Shown here: positions 36,323 to 50,171 of the stretch, in pieces | Layout: each line of letters opens with the position of its first letter | How positions within the stretch are numbered: the first letter of the stretch is position 1 | NCBI RefSeq assembly: GCF_006345805.1 | Contig: NW_021834324.1 | Span: 1 to 54,167 of the forward strand | From: Octopus sinensis | Taxonomy: Eukaryota | Reading direction: 5' to 3' | Length of the DNA stretch: 54,167 nucleotides | Made by a program: the position numbers and the translations under genes | Notes under the pieces: model-generated | The model's input: only the letters and a program-made list of their open reading frames with translations | Told to the model about the DNA's origin: nothing | Database searches by the model: none

Positions 36323-36420
36323 TTGTGTTAACAACAGACAAGTTGAGGGCAAATATCCGTCAAATGTAAATAATGTAAATAATGTACATAATTCCCCATC
36401 TTTTAAATATAGAACTGTAA
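36322..36420 (+). mobile_element. Inverted partial copy of 35748-35820
   Basis: ATTGTGTTAACAACAGACAAGTTGAGGGCAAATATCCGTCAAATGTAAATAATGTAAATAATGTA. Confidence 0.8.
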
Positions 36421-36866
36421 TACCTGTTTGTTTGTAATTACTGTAGTTGAGGACATAAAGGACATCAAAAGTACATTTTCTTCTTCATTTTTTTTTCTTA
36501 ATTTTAAATGGGCAGAAAAGTAGAAAAGTGATCTAGGAGTTGTACATTTCGTCATAGAACATGTGTGTGTGTGTGTGTGTGTGTGTGATCTGTGTGATTT
36601 TAACGTAATGTAAAATAGATTATTTTCTTAAGGCATTTATGAATGATTTCATTACGAAAAAGAAAAACAACAAATAAATGAAAATAAAGATATTTTTATA
36701 CTACAAAAACAAATATTATGTTAGTTTTGTATAAATATGTTTATTTAACAAGTGTGTGTGTGTGTGTGTGTGTGAGTGTTTGTGTGTGTGAGTGTTTATG
36801 TGTGTGTGAGTGTTTATGAGTGTGCGAGTGCATATTTAATTGCATACACGTATATATACTTATGTG

Positions 36867-36915
<49 letters not shown>

Positions 36916-38271
36916 ATAAAATTTGATTTTGTTTTTTTTTTTTCATTTTTATGACAGATTTAGATGTTGCAAGTGAGAGGAGTCAAGGATCAAATGTTTC
37001 CATCAAACCAAGAAACGAGTCGACAAGCAATAAAAAAATATGGTGACGATGGCGAGAAGTGCGCGCATGCGCGCGCGTGTCTTATAGAGAAGTGCGCATG
37101 TATGAGTACATGTATGTATATTTGTCGATGTATATATGTGCGTGTGTGCTTATAAGGATATGCGTTTGTGTGTGTGTGTGTGTGTGTATGTGTGTGTATG
37201 TGTGTGTGTGTGTGTGTGTGTGCCAACGTGCATGCCTGTATGTTTGTGCGACTGTTATAAACGAACTCTGGTTAAAACGCCATATCGACGAAAAAGCAAG
37301 AGAAAGTAAATAAATAAATGAAAGAAAAAGAACGACAGAGGAGGAGGAGGAGGTTAGAGGAAACAACAAAACAGAAGAGAGGGTGAGGTGTGGGAGGAGG
37401 AAAAGAAGAGGACAAAGGAGGAGGAAAAAGCAAGAAGTAGGAGGAGGTGAAGAAGAATTTAAGAGCCGCTACCAGTTTGAGGCAGCGACGGAGAGACTAG
37501 AACAGAAGGAGAGAGAAGGAAGGTGAGAAGAAGGAGGAGGAGTAAGAAACATAAGTGGAAGGAGGAAAGAGGAGGAGTCAATGCAAAGCTGTTTCTCATG
37601 TTTTTTTTCGTTTCTTTCTTTCACGCTAAAATAAGGGGGAAAGGCAGAGGTTGTCAGTCTGTGGGTAAAATTATGATAATGTGATAGGAAATGGGCGTGG
37701 TTTACATGGGATAGATTAGAAGCATCGTAAAAGAACGGATATGCTCGACGTTTATTGTTTGCTGTTGTTGTTGTTGCTTCTGCTGTTGATGTTGCTATTG
37801 TTGTTGCTGCTGTTACTGGTGGTGTTGTTGTTGCTGTGGTTCACTGTAAGTAGTAGTGGTGGGAGGAGATGGAAGATGTGAGGGTGAGAAGCGATTGCTA
37901 GAGAAAGGGAAGAAACAAGGAAGCGAAAGAGAGGTAGGGGGATAGGAGTCGGTAAACGTGAGAGAGAGAGGGAGAAGGACAGAGACTAAACTTGAAAGGA
38001 GGAGAAGGAAGAGAGAAAGAGAGGCAGACAGACAAAGTGAGAGAGAGAGAGAGAGAGATGAAGAGAGGTAAGGAGGGGTTTTGATTGACGTGACGTTGAT
38101 GTATTTGTACATGTATGAACCAAGAGAAAGTAAGACAAGAGAGAGAGAGAGGGAATAAAGAGAAAGAGAGAAAGTTGGGACAAGACGGAGGAAGGGGAGG
38201 AAGAAAACGAAAGAAAGATGAACTAAATGCGATAAAATTGATTAACTACGATGTGTGCATGTATGTGTATG

Positions 38272-38310
<39 letters not shown>

Positions 38311-38522
38311 CATGTGTATGCTCTGTGTGTGTGTATGTGTGTAAATGTTACTCCAAGGCTAGACTGCGTGATGTTGGTATGTGTTCATGCAGTGTGTGAG
38401 TATATATATATATATAAGTGTATGTGTGCTTGTGTTTGTAAGGAGATTTGTGTGTTTGAAAAAATGAATAAATAAAAGAAATAACAAACTAAATAGATTA
38501 GTTAATAAATAAATAAATAAAA

Positions 38523-38572
38523 ACTTCCGGGTATATCGGAGTCGGATATAGTCAGAGCAACGTCACTTCCGG
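38523..38572. promoter_or_regulatory. ETS site plus overlapping ETS-CRE motif
   Basis: ACTTCCGG at 38523-38530; ACGTCACTTCCGG (reverse CCGGAAGTGACGT) at 38560-38572 in non-TE sequence. Confidence 0.35.
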
Positions 38573-38621
38573 GGATGGGACAGGTTTTTCGTTGATTGCT
38601 AAGGTAGAAGTCAGTACTTAC

Positions 38622-38627
38622 TGACGA
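38622..38627 (-). other. Candidate 6-nt microexon TCGTCA
   Basis: Long pyrimidine tract, TGC, CTGTCAG|TCGTCA|GTAAGT. Confidence 0.25.
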
Positions 38628-38699
38628 CTGACAGCTGCAGGGAGAGAGAGTGGGGAGGATGGCGGAGAGAGAGACGAGAGAGACGGAGAGAGAGAGAAA

Positions 38700-38710
38700 G
38701 ACAGACAGAC

Positions 38711-38766
<56 letters not shown>

Positions 38767-38783
38767 GGATGGATGGATGGATG

Positions 38784-38837
<54 letters not shown>

Positions 38838-38861
38838 TAGATAGATAGACAGACAGACAGA

Positions 38862-38893
<32 letters not shown>

Positions 38894-38910
38894 TAGATAG
38901 ATAGACAGAC

Positions 38911-38965
<55 letters not shown>

Positions 38966-38980
38966 TAGATAGATAGATAG
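38700..38980. repeat. (GATA)/(GACA)/(GGAT) microsatellite
   Basis: Directly visible. Confidence 0.95.
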
Positions 38981-39295
38981 TTTATTGGCTGGTTGTTGTC
39001 GTTTAGCCCTGGTCCAAATATTATCCAGCAGACATTTGATCAACGGCATGCCATCCATGCCCAGCCCGTTTCATTAGGAGTATCAAGGAATACATTATCT
39101 AACTTATTATTTTTGTCGTTTGCTTTTTTTTTCTAGTCGGTTTTTAATTTTTAGGCTATTATTTGAAGGGAGAATTGGTTACTATTTCTAGAAGTCGACC
39201 AGCCACGATGAAACGAAAATAAGCATTTTTTCAGACAGGTTGTGAGAGGGAATTAGGCAGGAAGGAAACTAAAGGTAGTATGAGTCGAATAAGCC

Positions 39296-39490
39296 CTTTC
39301 TACTCTAGGCACAAGGCTTGAAGTTTGGGAGAATGGGGACAAGTCGATTACATGGCCCGCAGTGTATAACTGGTACTTAATTTATCGACCCCGAAAGGAT
39401 GAAAGGCAAAGTCGACTTCGGCGGAATTTGAACTCAGAACATAAAGACAGGCGAGTATGAGTCGAGTAAATGATTGCATTACATGAAATT

Positions 39491-39522
<32 letters not shown>

Positions 39523-39710
39523 GTTCACACACACACACACATAGAGAGGTACACGGAGGCTTCTATACAGTTTTTGGCTACCAAATTCTATTACAAGATA
39601 TTATTCGGCCCGGACCTACAGTAGAAAACACTTGCCCAAGTTGCCGCGCAATGGGATTGAACCCGAGGACACACGTGGTACTGAAACGAACTTCTTAACC
39701 ACACAGCAAT
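39296..39710 (-). mobile_element. SINE B fragment (39296-39450) and SINE A head (39545-39710)
   Basis: Family motifs as above. Confidence 0.75.
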
Positions 39711-39711
39711 C

Positions 39712-39743
<32 letters not shown>

Positions 39744-40250
39744 CGTGCGTGTGCGTATGTGTGTGTGTGCGCGCGCAACGCACGCGTATCTTTCTGTCCG
39801 TGTTTGCCCCCACAACAACCACTTGAGAACCGATGTTGGTGTGCTTATGTCACCGTAATCCAGCAGTTCGACATAGGTGGTCGAGAAAGTAAGTAGCAGG
39901 CTTTAAAAGATAAGCACTTCTCTCCGAAATTCTGGTCTTGTGCCACGTGGGAAGCAAATTTTAACATCGACTTTCACATCACCAAAGACCAGGTCTGACT
40001 TCTTTTGAGATGACCTACCTGACATTACTGTAATCTAATTCTTCCAAGGGTTTTCCTGCATGTGGTTCATTCTTAGTCTCAAATCAGATCTGACCGAGCA
40101 CACCGTTGATCCATCACATCTACTTCTCAGGCTGAGGACAGCATATACCAATGTTCTCATATCTATGTGAGTGGCTGTAGTATCGGAGAGACCTAGCTGC
40201 TATTTCTATAGGTCGAGCGACCATATGGAACTAATATTGTCTCAAAGTCA

Positions 40251-40651
40251 AGGCGGCGAGCTGGCAGAATCGTTAGAACGCAGAGCGAAATACTCAGCGG
40301 TATTTCGTCTGGCACTACGTTCTGAGTTCTAATTCTGCTGAGGTCGACTTTGCCTTTCATCCTTTCGGGGTCGATTAAATAAGTACCAGTTACGCACTGG
40401 GGTCGATATAATCGACTTAATCCGTTTGTCTCTCCTTGTTTGTCCTCTCTGTGTTTAGCCCCTTGTGTGTAGTAAAGAAATAGTTATTTCGTCTGCCTTT
40501 ACGTTCTGAGTTAAAATTCCGCCGAAGTCGACTTTGCCTTTCATCTCTTCGGGGTCGATAAATTAAGTACCATTTGCGTACTGGGCTCGATCTAATCGAC
40601 TGGCCCCCCTCCCTAAAAATGTGGGGCCTTGTGCCCAGACTAGAAAAGAAT
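40251..40651 (+). mobile_element. SINE family B dimer (B2-tailed unit, then B1-tailed unit)
   Basis: Junction AAAGAAATAG|TTATTTCGTC at 40474-40493. Confidence 0.88.
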
Positions 40652-40980
40652 GTAATCATATCTAATAGAGTGGCTATACTATCGGAGAGATCTGGCTATA
40701 GTAGGCTGTAGTGGAAGACACTTGCCCAAGGTGCCACGTAGTGGGACTGAACCGAGAACCCTGTGATTGGGGAGCAAGCATCTTACTACACAGCCACTCC
40801 TGAGCCTATAGTTTAGAAATTGTAAGACCCATCAAAAGATTCAACAAAACACGAGATAATAACCCTAATTAAACGATTTAAGCTAGAGTACCTTGGTTTC
40901 CCATTCTGTCAGAATCCATCTATCAGTTCATTCCACGAGATCGATAAACAAACTGAATGCATTTAATATATGTTATGGTA

Positions 40981-41410
40981 AAGGCGGCGAGCAGGCAGAA
41001 TCATTAGCACGCCGGGCGAAATACTTAGCAGTATTTCGCCCGTCGCTACGTTCTGAGTTCAAATTCCGCCGAGGTCGACTTTGCCTTTCATCCTTTTGGG
41101 GTCGATTAAATAAGTACCAGTCACGCACTGGGGTCGATGTAACCGACTTAATCCCTTTGTCTGACCTTGTTTGTCCCCTCTATGTTTAGCCCCTTGTGGG
41201 TGATAAAGAAATAAGAATCCTTAGCACACTGTGCAAAATACTTAGCGGCGTTCCATCCGTCTTTAATTTCTGGGTTCAAATAGCCTCGAGGTCGACTTAG
41301 CCTTTCGTCCCTTTCTGGAGTCAATAAAATAAGTACCAGCTGAACACTGGGATCGACTAAATTGATTTAACCCTCCCCACGAAGTCGCTGTTCCAGTGCA
41401 AAAATTTAAA
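40981..41410 (+). mobile_element. SINE family B full copy plus degenerate copy
   Basis: AAGGCGGCGAGCAGGCAGAATC...B2 tail CCCTTGTGGGTGATAAAGAAATAAG at 41217. Confidence 0.85.
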
Positions 41411-42587
41411 ACCAATTTCAAATGCCGTGCAAAACGCCGAGCAAAATGCTTAGTACTGTAGGAGGTGTAATTGACTGTCTCCCTCCCTCAAAATTTCAGG
41501 CCTTGTACCTATAGTATAAAGGAGTATTATTAGTTTGAAAATACGTTAAAAACATACGTACTGAGTTTGGATTTCAATATTTCGTTTTTAAGAAAAATCA
41601 TAACTCTACACCATTATCGCCACCAGAGGGCTTCCATGACAATTGTCGTGACTTTGAGAGCTCACAATCGGAATCCCTGGCAAAGACATTGGCAAGGGGG
41701 ACCAAAACAACTTTCGGACCCAGGAGAAGATAATCCCCCTCAAAATTCAAAGATGTAAGGGTTTATTTTTCACTTTTTGTGAGAGTATGTTGGAATATAA
41801 TCACGGGATTTCCATGGCTTTCGGGGGCCCAGGCCGATGTAAAATCTATACTACTCCCTTTTTAAAGCTCCTCAAGGGTGAACTGCAGCTTGGATTAAGA
41901 TTCGCTGTTTTACATGGTCAATTACCCTCTTTCTACGACTTAGTCAGATAAAGAAGGGCTGCACCCATAACTTTTTAACAGGTTTTCCAATACTAAAAGG
42001 AGAAAGGAAGTGGAGAACCCCCGACTCGTGGGTTTGTTTCACACTAAAAACTTGGTCTATGGCCTAAATGCTTACAACAGATTGAACCCTGACAAAGGTA
42101 CACACGGGCCAGGTGGTAGTGTTAAACTAACAGAGAGACCACGCTATCGCCAAAGAACGGGTATAGGACGCCCTTCACCACGCAACAGGCAAAAATGTAA
42201 TTTCCATGTACCCTATTTCACGTACAAGCCTTGAGTTGAACGGGGGTTTTAGTAAAAAGCACTTAACCAAGGTACTATGCAGCGGGATCGAACTTGGTAT
42301 TGTATGAGAACGAAAAGAGAAAACTTTTGTTATACGAGGCACATTCCAGAAAGTTTGAGACTTTTATTAGGAGAGGCAGTTATAACTGTTATAGGTTATT
42401 GTAAATTTGGCATATCATTGCTTTACATCTGACTGGCAGCTTTTCTTACTCCAGATTAAAGAAGACAGTTATAGCGACACTTTGAACGCACCGCGCCCTA
42501 CTAAACGTTGGTCATCACAGTCGACTAGTTTGCAGAATGCAGTCGAGATGTTTGGAGAGTCGCTATGCAATGAAGTTGTGTTAAATA

Positions 42588-42820
42588 CTTTTTACTCTCT
42601 TTTACTCTTTTATTTGCTTCAGTCATTTGACTGTGGCCATGATGGAGCACCGCCTTTAGTCGAGCAAATCGACCCCAGGACTTATTCTTTGTAAGCCCAG
42701 TACTTATTCTATCGGTCTCTTTTGCCGAACCGCTAATTTACGGGGACCTAAACAGACCAGCATCGGTTGTCAAGCGATGTTGTGGGAACAAACACAGACA
42801 CACACAAATATACACATACA

Positions 42821-42866
<46 letters not shown>

Positions 42867-43051
42867 CATATATATATACACATATATACGACGGGCTTCT
42901 TTCAGTTTCCGTCTATCAAATCCACTCACAAGGCTTTGGTCGGCCCGAGGCTATAGTAGAATACACTTGCCCAAGGTGCCACGCAGTGGGACTGAATCCG
43001 GAACCATGTGATTCGTAAGCAAGCTACTTACCACACAGCTACTCCCACGCC
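42588..43051 (-). mobile_element. SINE family A, full length
   Basis: All modules; internal (CATA)/(TA)n. Confidence 0.92.
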
Positions 43052-43889
43052 ACAGAAACTTATGAAATGCTCCAGACTCCTGATCGGTTCTTGTATGAGC
43101 TGAGCATCTGTATCTCGCTGGCACAAAAGACTCCAGGGCGGTAGAGAGGAGGTGAGAGATGATGAGGGTACTGGAGATAAAGGGACATCAGAACATCAGA
43201 CCTAAGTTGGGAAAATTCGCAATTTTCACAGCGTTTGGTGTTGGAGTGCCAGAATTATTCATGAAAATCGGAACGGGCAAAAAAGTTGTACAAAGTTTGT
43301 TCCCAGCATGCTCAGTGGCGAGTATCCTGTTAACAAACTGCTTGACAGAGAAGGGGCATCAAAATTGTTCTTCACCCTTCAAAAAGTCCAGTGTTTGCAC
43401 CCTGTATTTTTTTTTGGTTGTTCCCTAAACTGAAGGAGAATTTCAGAGGTAGTCATTTTCAAGACATTAAGAAGATGAGGGAGAATGTTACAAGCATCAT
43501 CTAGTCTAATGTACAGTATCTTTTTCATGTTTTACCTTTTACCTTTTGCAGTCATTGGACTGTGGCCATGCTGGAGTACCACATCTAGAAGTTATTTTTG
43601 TTTTGTCTGATATTATTTTGGCGAAGCGCTTGTTATGAAGGTCGCAAACAAACCAACACCAGTTTTCAAACAGTGAAGGTGGGATAACAAATACACATAC
43701 AAATATACACACATGCATATTTATGTGCGTACGTGCGTGTGTGTGCATATGTATATATGTATGTGTGTATGTATGTCTGTATGTATATGACGGGCTTCCA
43801 CACAGTTTCCATCAACCACTACCACTCCTACCCCCTATCATCACCACTACCATCTCACCGCCTCTACTACTACTACTACTATTACCACC

Positions 43890-43935
<46 letters not shown>

Positions 43936-44035
43936 TTACTACGATACCACGATTACCTCAACTTCCACTGTCACATCACCACCATCACAACTACCACATA
44001 CACTACTACTACTATTGCTACTACTACTACTACTA

Positions 44036-44073
<38 letters not shown>

Positions 44074-44635
44074 TTACTATTACTACTACAACTACTATGC
44101 CGACGACAACGATACCACGAATACCTCAACTACTACCGTCACATAAGGCAGTGGTTGGCCCGAGGCTCTTGTCAAACAGTAGGACTGAACCCGTAACCAC
44201 ATGGTTGCAGAGCGAGCTTCTTAACCACACGGCCTTGCTTGCGCATGCGTAAAACTACTAAATTGATCCGGACATAGTTCGAATACATCTTTGATCATAT
44301 TTCTGCTAAATCAAGGATTATCTGGGAGGGGGAAGGAATAAACAGCAGCGGCAGCCGCAGCAGCAGCTACGGTTACAGGATTTCGTGTTTAGTCGACATT
44401 TATCTGCGCTTCGAAGCGTCTTTAACAACAGCAAAAACAGGAATGGCATCAGCGGTAACCGGAAGTAAAGTAGCCACCACCACTACCACCACTGCTACTA
44501 CTAAAACCAACACCACCACACTACCACCACCAATACGTTCAATAATGATGGCATTACCACCACTTTAATAGCGCCAATAACAATACTCTCACCACTACCA
44601 CTATTACTGCTACTGCTGCTGCTGTTGTTGTTGTT

Positions 44636-44994
44636 GAGCGAAGCGGTCTTCGTCCCAGTGGGAGAAGTTGAAACGTGGTTCTTTGCTATTCGTAAGACCC
44701 GCAGAAGAGAAAGCAGATCAACCCCCGAAACCGAGAGCATCGACGGATGGATGAATGCGCATCTAGGCTCAGCAGTTGCGTAGGAAGTCGGGGACAAGAA
44801 ACAAGAAGAAAGAGTGAGAGAGAAAGTTGGAGTGAAAGAGTACAACAGGGGCCGCCACCACCCCCTGCCGGAGCCTCGTGGAGCTTTAGGTGTTCTCGCT
44901 CAATAAACACACACAACGCCCGGTCTGGGAATCGAAACCGCGATCCTACGACCGCGAGTCCGCTGCCCTAACCACTGGCTCATTGCACCTCCAC
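44636..44994 (-). mobile_element. SINE family C, full length
   Basis: High identity to 24907-25273. Confidence 0.9.
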
Positions 44995-45657
44995 TGCTGC
45001 TGCTACTGCGATTGTAGCCTGACAAGCATCTGTTTTGCCCTGTTGTCTTGAACATGTATATTTCTACACTTACTCGCACTAGCAACAGCAACAACAACAA
45101 CAACAGCAACAGCAGATTTGAAGCAATACCACTGTCGACACCTACCGTCAAGGTATATTGATTTCAATGAAATTAAGTTGGCAAACGCAAAAGAAAACAA
45201 TAAAAAAAAATCAACCATAAATAAAAATATAATCAATCGATTTGGCAATGTACTGTTATCGATAATTCAAAAATCGATCATCTAGGGACATATTGATTCC
45301 TGCAGTTAGATTTATAGGGTTCCAGAATATAGAACAAGTGAGAATGAGATGGAGGTGTATCGTCTTTTATTTTTTCTTCGTTATCATGATTCAGTCAATT
45401 GGACCGTGGCCATGCTGGAGCACCGTCGTTGAGGAGTTTTAGTCGAACAAATCAACCTCGGTATTTTCCTTTCTTTTTTTTTTGCCGGCCGTTAATCTGG
45501 TACTTATTCTATCGTTCCTTTCTGCCGAACCGATAGTTTATGCAGATATAACTAACACCAGTTTGTCAAACGGTGGTGGTGGTGTTGATGGGTAGGAAGA
45601 AAACACAGACACAAACACACACACGCATGTATAGACATACGCACACACACACACACA

Positions 45658-45688
<31 letters not shown>

Positions 45689-45782
45689 CATATGTGTATG
45701 TGTTACCGATCACACCAGCGGACCAGCCTGCTCCTTTTTGTCAAATTTAAGAACTTTCTTTATGCTTTCAGTGCGAATGATT

Positions 45783-46033
45783 TTGTTAAGCGGTGTCAAG
45801 TTTTACAATTCTGTAAATAATAATAATGGTATTTTTTTTTTATAAGTTTAAAGCTTATAGCAATCACCGTGCCGCGAACGGGAAAGCTTTCTTTTTTCTG
45901 TCGAGAGCTCATATGCCCCATTATTAGACTACTTCCGTTAGTCATTTGCACGGTGATCGCTATAATCTTTAAGCTTATAAAAAATACCATTATCATTATT
46001 TACAGAATTGTAAAACTCGATATCGCTTAACAA
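45783..46033. mobile_element. Foldback / MITE-like element with ~90-bp inverted arms
   Basis: Left arm 45783-45872 is the imperfect reverse complement of 45948-46033; 75-nt spacer. Confidence 0.75.
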
Positions 46034-46100
46034 TATATGTATGTATGTATGTATATATATATATAATATATATATATATATTATATATATATATATAATA

Positions 46101-46492
46101 TCTTTTACTCTTTTACTTGTTTCAGTTATTTGACTGCGGCCATGCTGGAGCACCGCCTTTAATCGAGCAACTCGACCCCGGGTCTTGTTCTTTTGTAAGC
46201 CCAGTACTTATTCTATCGGTCTCTTTTGCCGAACTGCTAAGTAACGGGGACATAAACACACCAGCATCGGTTGTCAAGCAATGGTAGGGGGACAAACACA
46301 CTTACACAAACACACACACGCATATACATATATATACATATGTACGACGGGCTTCTTTCAGTTTCCGTCAAGGCTTTGGTCGGCCCGAGGCTATAGTAGA
46401 AGACACCTGCCCAAGGTGCCACGCAGTGGGACTAAACCCGGAACCATGTGGTTGGTAAACAAGCTACTTACCACACAGCCACTCCTGCGCCT
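46101..46492 (-). mobile_element. SINE family A, near full length
   Basis: All modules; short deletion in the core. Confidence 0.9.
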
Positions 46493-46904
46493 ATATATAT
46501 ATATATGTATATATACAGTTAGATGTATGGTTACTACTGTATGAGTTAAAGCTCCACATAGATTATCATTATCGAGTCAGATTCCACCGTAATGGATTAT
46601 CGACCGCTGTACTAAGCTGTGCTGCTAGTTATGTATATACAGAGCATATGGAGTGGAAAATTAAGGTAAACAATAGTATATGTATTAAATTTCTACGTAC
46701 GTTTCACGCATGCACGCGCAGCATACAGACATGTATTGTCCACGTTACAAGGATTTTATAAATTTTTGAGAGAAACTGAATTAATTCTTTTTAAAATAGT
46801 ATACCTTGAAGCAGCCCAAAAACTATAACAAATACCATGTAAATATTGAATCTTCCAATATCCTGCCCAACAGATTTTCAACCAAATATTTACATCCACA
46901 ATTC

Positions 46905-47045
<141 letters not shown>

Positions 47046-47462
47046 AGAAAGGAGAATAACTCCCTCTACAGAACAACAAATTACCACTCCAATTAACAGA
47101 GCAACATAGAATATAAAGATTAATAAAAAGCGAACAAATTTCGGGAGTTAGAATTCATTTCGTCTGTATATTTCTCAACATCGGAACACATCATAAAAAT
47201 ATACGTAAATATAAATATGTAGATAAAAATATAAAGCATAAATATACTCGCATGACATCGCATGAAATTATGAAATTGTATGTCTGTGTTTGGAATCAAT
47301 GAGAAAATTATTATATATGCACAGTGAATGTTGCATTAATCGAAATGATCAAATGGATGAAAGAGTAATTCTAGATGATTCTAAGAGGAAACGTGTTCTC
47401 TTTTTATTATTCTTTATAATACATACATATATATATAATATAATATATAATATACACACACA

Positions 47463-47543
<81 letters not shown>

Positions 47544-47544
<1 letters not shown>

Positions 47545-47580
47545 GGTGCTCCAGTATGGTCACAGCCTTAGGGCTGAAAC
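47544..47580 (+). mobile_element. Solo CR1-like LINE 3' tail
   Basis: CGGTGCTCCAGTATGGTCACAGCC-TTAG-GGCTGAAAC after (TA)n. Confidence 0.7.
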
Positions 47581-48297
47581 GTATAAAATAATATATATAT
47601 ATACATGCATGTAGGTACACGGCGGATTTCCACAAAATTTCCAAGTAACAAATTCATTCATAAGGCATTGTTAGTCCCGTGGCTATTATAGAAAACACTT
47701 GCCAATAACTGACGTGGAGTGGAACTGAACGCAAAACCATTTGGTTACAAACCGAGACTCTTAATCACACAGCCATGCATACCTTTGTCTTTTCCTTCTT
47801 TGAGACATGCGAAATGTGTTACGTTACATGTGCGTATGAAAGTAAAAGTAAAAACGAACGTTGCTGCAGTCTATCCTGTAGCTCAGATCTGAAAAAAAGC
47901 ATTCCACTGTTACCAGCTTGTAATGTTAAAACAGTGATTCTCTCATAGTGAGACAAACGATGATTGTGCGAACTGATAGGGACTGACAAGTTGGTGTATT
48001 TAAAATTAAGATGGTGAATTCTTAGCCGAAGAAATAAGAATTATGTGGATGTAAACTGTTTTGCCTTCGTTATAATAAGGATGTGAAGTAGTAAAACGTT
48101 TCATACATGCACACTGACACACAAACGCAAAAACTCTTACACTTCACTGACGCGCGCGCGCGAATATATTTGGCAGTATAGGGATATATATTTGCATGTG
48201 TATATGGATATATACATACAAATATATATGTGCGTGTGGTGTGTACGCCCAGTCACACTGATACACGCCCAATTCTTTCTTTTACTCTGTCTCTCTG

Positions 48298-48333
<36 letters not shown>

Positions 48334-49245
48334 TCCACAAACGCACACATACACGCACACACACATATACACACACACATGTACATACACAAAAGTCATT
48401 GGATAATGTTGCAACTCTATGCGGCTTACAAAAACCAATCAGAAAATCAAGCAGGTGGCTACCCAGTCTGCTGGAAATATCAGCCTAATCTTCCTCAATT
48501 CACATGGTTCTGTCTTGTACAAACGAACGGAATATACGAGCAATGATATATAAAAGACAATTTCTTCATGGCTGGAATTCTTTTGATCACAAATCTGCTC
48601 GCTCAAGGTTGACCTAGCGCTAAAATAAAGTACCAACATCATCATCATCATCATCATCGTCGTCGTCATAAAAAGAATACTGGTTTTTGACCAGTTGCTT
48701 GAACAGCCAATAATAGCGGAGCGAGTAAACCTCCCTCAAATAACAGCGGCCGGTTTATAAAAGAATGCATACATTAGAGAATGTAGTTCTAATTAACTAC
48801 AACGGTGGGACGATGGTGACTGGAATGTCTTTGGTTAAAGGTTTGCGAAGTTGGTTTAAGGACAAACAACAACAATCTTAGGTTTATGGTGGAATAAATC
48901 AGCCTAAAACAATTGAAGGTGATCGTGGGTTCATTTTCCGAATCATTACTCTGTGAGAAAGTTGTTGAAATTACTGATATGAGTAATTTCCCTACATTTT
49001 GTAACCAGGAACGGATCAATCACTAATAAATATTCGCTGATTGAAATCTCAAGATATCAGTTTCTTGATGCTAGAACTGCAGGTGCTGGCACAGTAATGT
49101 ACGAACGCCAGTATTGAGTCCTCAGAAGAGAAGAGGTTGGTGATAATAACTAAACTTGCTGTCCTCAATTCGATTTTCGTGTCTATCTACACCAATAGTC
49201 ATGGATGACCGAAAGAGTACGATCATTCTTAGTATGATCTTACTT

Positions 49246-49295
<50 letters not shown>

Positions 49296-49670
49296 TTCTC
49301 TCTCTCTCTCTTTGTTTTTTCTTTCTTTATTTCTTTCTCTCTCAGCAGGTGATTTGGAAGTGGTTCAATAATTTCCTGAAGACCAAGTGCAACGCCAGGT
49401 ACAAAACGACAGAGATTCTTCTTGGCTAATTGATCTGCTAGAAGTGATACCCAAGCCTCTTTCCAGTTGTATGATACTGGATATCTTTTATCTTTTACCT
49501 ATCTCGGTCATTGGACTAGGGCCAAAGACTTAAGTCAAACGGATCGACCCTGATACTTATTTTTAAGGCCGGGCACTTATTCTGTCAGTAACTTTTGACG
49601 AGCCGCTAAGTTACGGGAACGTAAATAAACCAACACCGGTTGTTAAGCAGTGATTGGACGCACACACACA

Positions 49671-49712
<42 letters not shown>

Positions 49713-49897
49713 CATACACACACACACATATATACATATATATACATATATATATATATATGTATGCACACATGCATACGATGGGGGAGGTCCACACAGT
49801 TTCCGTCAGCCAAATTCACACATAAGATATAGGTCAACCTTTGGCTACAGTACTTACACACATACATACATACAAACACGCACGCACACACACACAC

Positions 49898-49937
<40 letters not shown>

Positions 49938-50171
49938 CACACACAGATACTATAATCTAAGATAAAAAAAGGCGGCATATTCATGGCAGAAATGTTTTTT
50001 ATCAAAGAAATGTTGGCTGATCAGCGGTCTCTGATCCCTGGTCTCTCCGCCTCAGATCTGGTTGGTTTCGTGCCTCGTCTACCTAGGCCTTCCCGACTCA
50101 TTCATCATTCGTTCTTTCGTCACACATATTCTCTTTCCACTCCGCAAACCCCGAATTAATCATTACAGTAA

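Noticed and set aside
37320-38220. Purine-rich tracts and the charged ORF 38115-38399
   Set aside because: Low-complexity GA/GGA repeats
43159-43428. 89-aa ORF ending near GCACCCTG-TA
   Set aside because: No transposase motif; the Tc1-like end has no visible partner TIR
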